From assembly GCA_038740895.1 (NCBI GenBank), contig JAVYLK010000001.1, forward strand, positions 105,490 through 169,489: DNA of 64,000 nucleotides. Reading direction: 5' to 3'. The notes under the pieces were generated by a model, which saw only the letters and a list, made by a program, of their open reading frames with translations, was not told the DNA's origin and did not search any database. Source of the stretch: Candidatus Caldarchaeum sp. GTDB lineage: Archaea > Thermoproteota > Nitrososphaeria_A > Caldarchaeales > Caldarchaeaceae. The position numbers and the translations under genes are program-made. Shown piece by piece: positions 63,583 to 64,000 of this stretch. How positions within the stretch are numbered: the stretch's first letter is position 1; the number at the start of each line of letters is the position of its first letter.

Positions 63583-64000
63583 AGCTCTGCTTAACCTCCT
63601 CCACAGCCGCCTCGTCCTCGAGAGTGGTTATGTCTCCGAGGCTGGCGCCGACGGCCACGGCTCTTATGAGCCGCCTCATAATCTTGCCGCTCCTGGTTTT
63701 AGGTAGCTTTTCGACGAAAACTATGCCGCTAGGTGTGGCTATCGGTCCGTAAACCTCTCTGACATATCGAACAAGCTGCTCGGCCGTCTCCGGCCCCGGT
63801 CTATAGCCGGTCTTCAGAACGACGTAGGCCAGCGGCACCTCCCCCTTGACCTCGTCGGGTATGCCGACGACGGCGGACTCGGCTACGGCCGGATGCGAAA
63901 CCAGGACGGACTCAAGCTCGTAAGTCCCAATCCTGTGTCCCGCAACCTTGAGAACCTCGTCAGCCCTGCCGGCGACCCATATGTATCCGTCCGTGTCTTT
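63536..64000 (-). CDS. AMP-forming acetyl/acyl-CoA synthetase, C-terminal part (gene continues beyond the window end)
   Basis: The C-terminal LPKTRSGKIMRRLIRAV is the Acs signature. The frame is open upstream to the window edge. Confidence 0.7.
   Translation of the reverse strand, partial: KDTDGYIWVAGRADEVLKVAGHRIGTYELESVLVSHPAVAESAVVGIPDEVKGEVPLAYVVLKTGYRPGPETAEQLVRYVREVYGPIATPSGIVFVEKLPKTRSGKIMRRLIRAVAVGASLGDITTLEDEAAVEEVKQSYEELVRAFKSSQARN

Noticed and set aside
1-64000. CRISPR arrays, transposases, integrases, or phage/plasmid genes
   Set aside because: I looked for regularly spaced direct repeats and for DDE, tyrosine-recombinase or primase-like translations and found none. The only repeat seen is the 2x15-bp element at 14974. 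The window appears to be core chromosome.

Overview
The window is a ~64 kb, roughly 57-58% GC segment of archaeal chromosome, densely coded on both strands. Gene content and signal architecture point to a Thermoproteota (Crenarchaeota)-type hyperthermophile: a Sulfolobus-type zinc ferredoxin, thermosome, archaeal histone, CdvB/CdvC, archaeal-type Adk and TIM, an intron-containing tRNA, the tRNA-splicing endonuclease EndA, and leaderless genes with TATA-like boxes about 25 nt upstream. A Thermofilum-like lineage is a guess only.

I call about 65 protein genes plus two tRNAs: tRNA-Met/Ile2(CAU), and tRNA-Ser(CGA) with a 23-nt anticodon-loop intron. I found no CRISPR array, transposase or integrase. 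Content is mostly core metabolism and information processing: GlmS, FixABCX/ETF, the glycine-cleavage T and P subunits, the pstSCAB-phoU operon with a divergent AbrB/PhoU-type regulator, AroC, TrmI, SHMT, HemL, SerS, SufB/D, an Lhr helicase and an acyl-CoA dehydrogenase.

The items I think most deserve attention are these. (1) A co-directional three-gene cluster encodes a miniature (581 aa) SMC/Rad50-like ATPase, a kleisin (ScpA)-like protein and a tandem winged-helix (ScpB/kite)-like protein. It sits between an Lhr helicase and the cdvC/cdvB cell-division genes, and may be a compact condensin-like or previously undescribed SMC-family system. (2) A rhodanese is co-transcribed with an unusual fusion of a GcvH-like domain (lipoyl-lysine replaced by Arg) and a TusA-like domain (CEGI instead of CPxP), while the gcvT-gcvPB-gcvPA operon in the same window has no gcvH. 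(3) A 457-aa protein carries 3-4 RPA-like OB folds. (4) A ~375-nt highly structured non-coding region next to tRNA-Met is a candidate SRP RNA or RNase P RNA. (5) A cdvB-cdvC pair lacks cdvA; a double zinc-ribbon gene occupies the cdvA position. (6) A MacB-type ABC exporter is paired with a 654-aa multi-beta-sandwich surface protein, and a separate 866-aa surface-anchored metzincin protease is present.

All functional calls rest on motif-level reading of the supplied translations. No database search was run.
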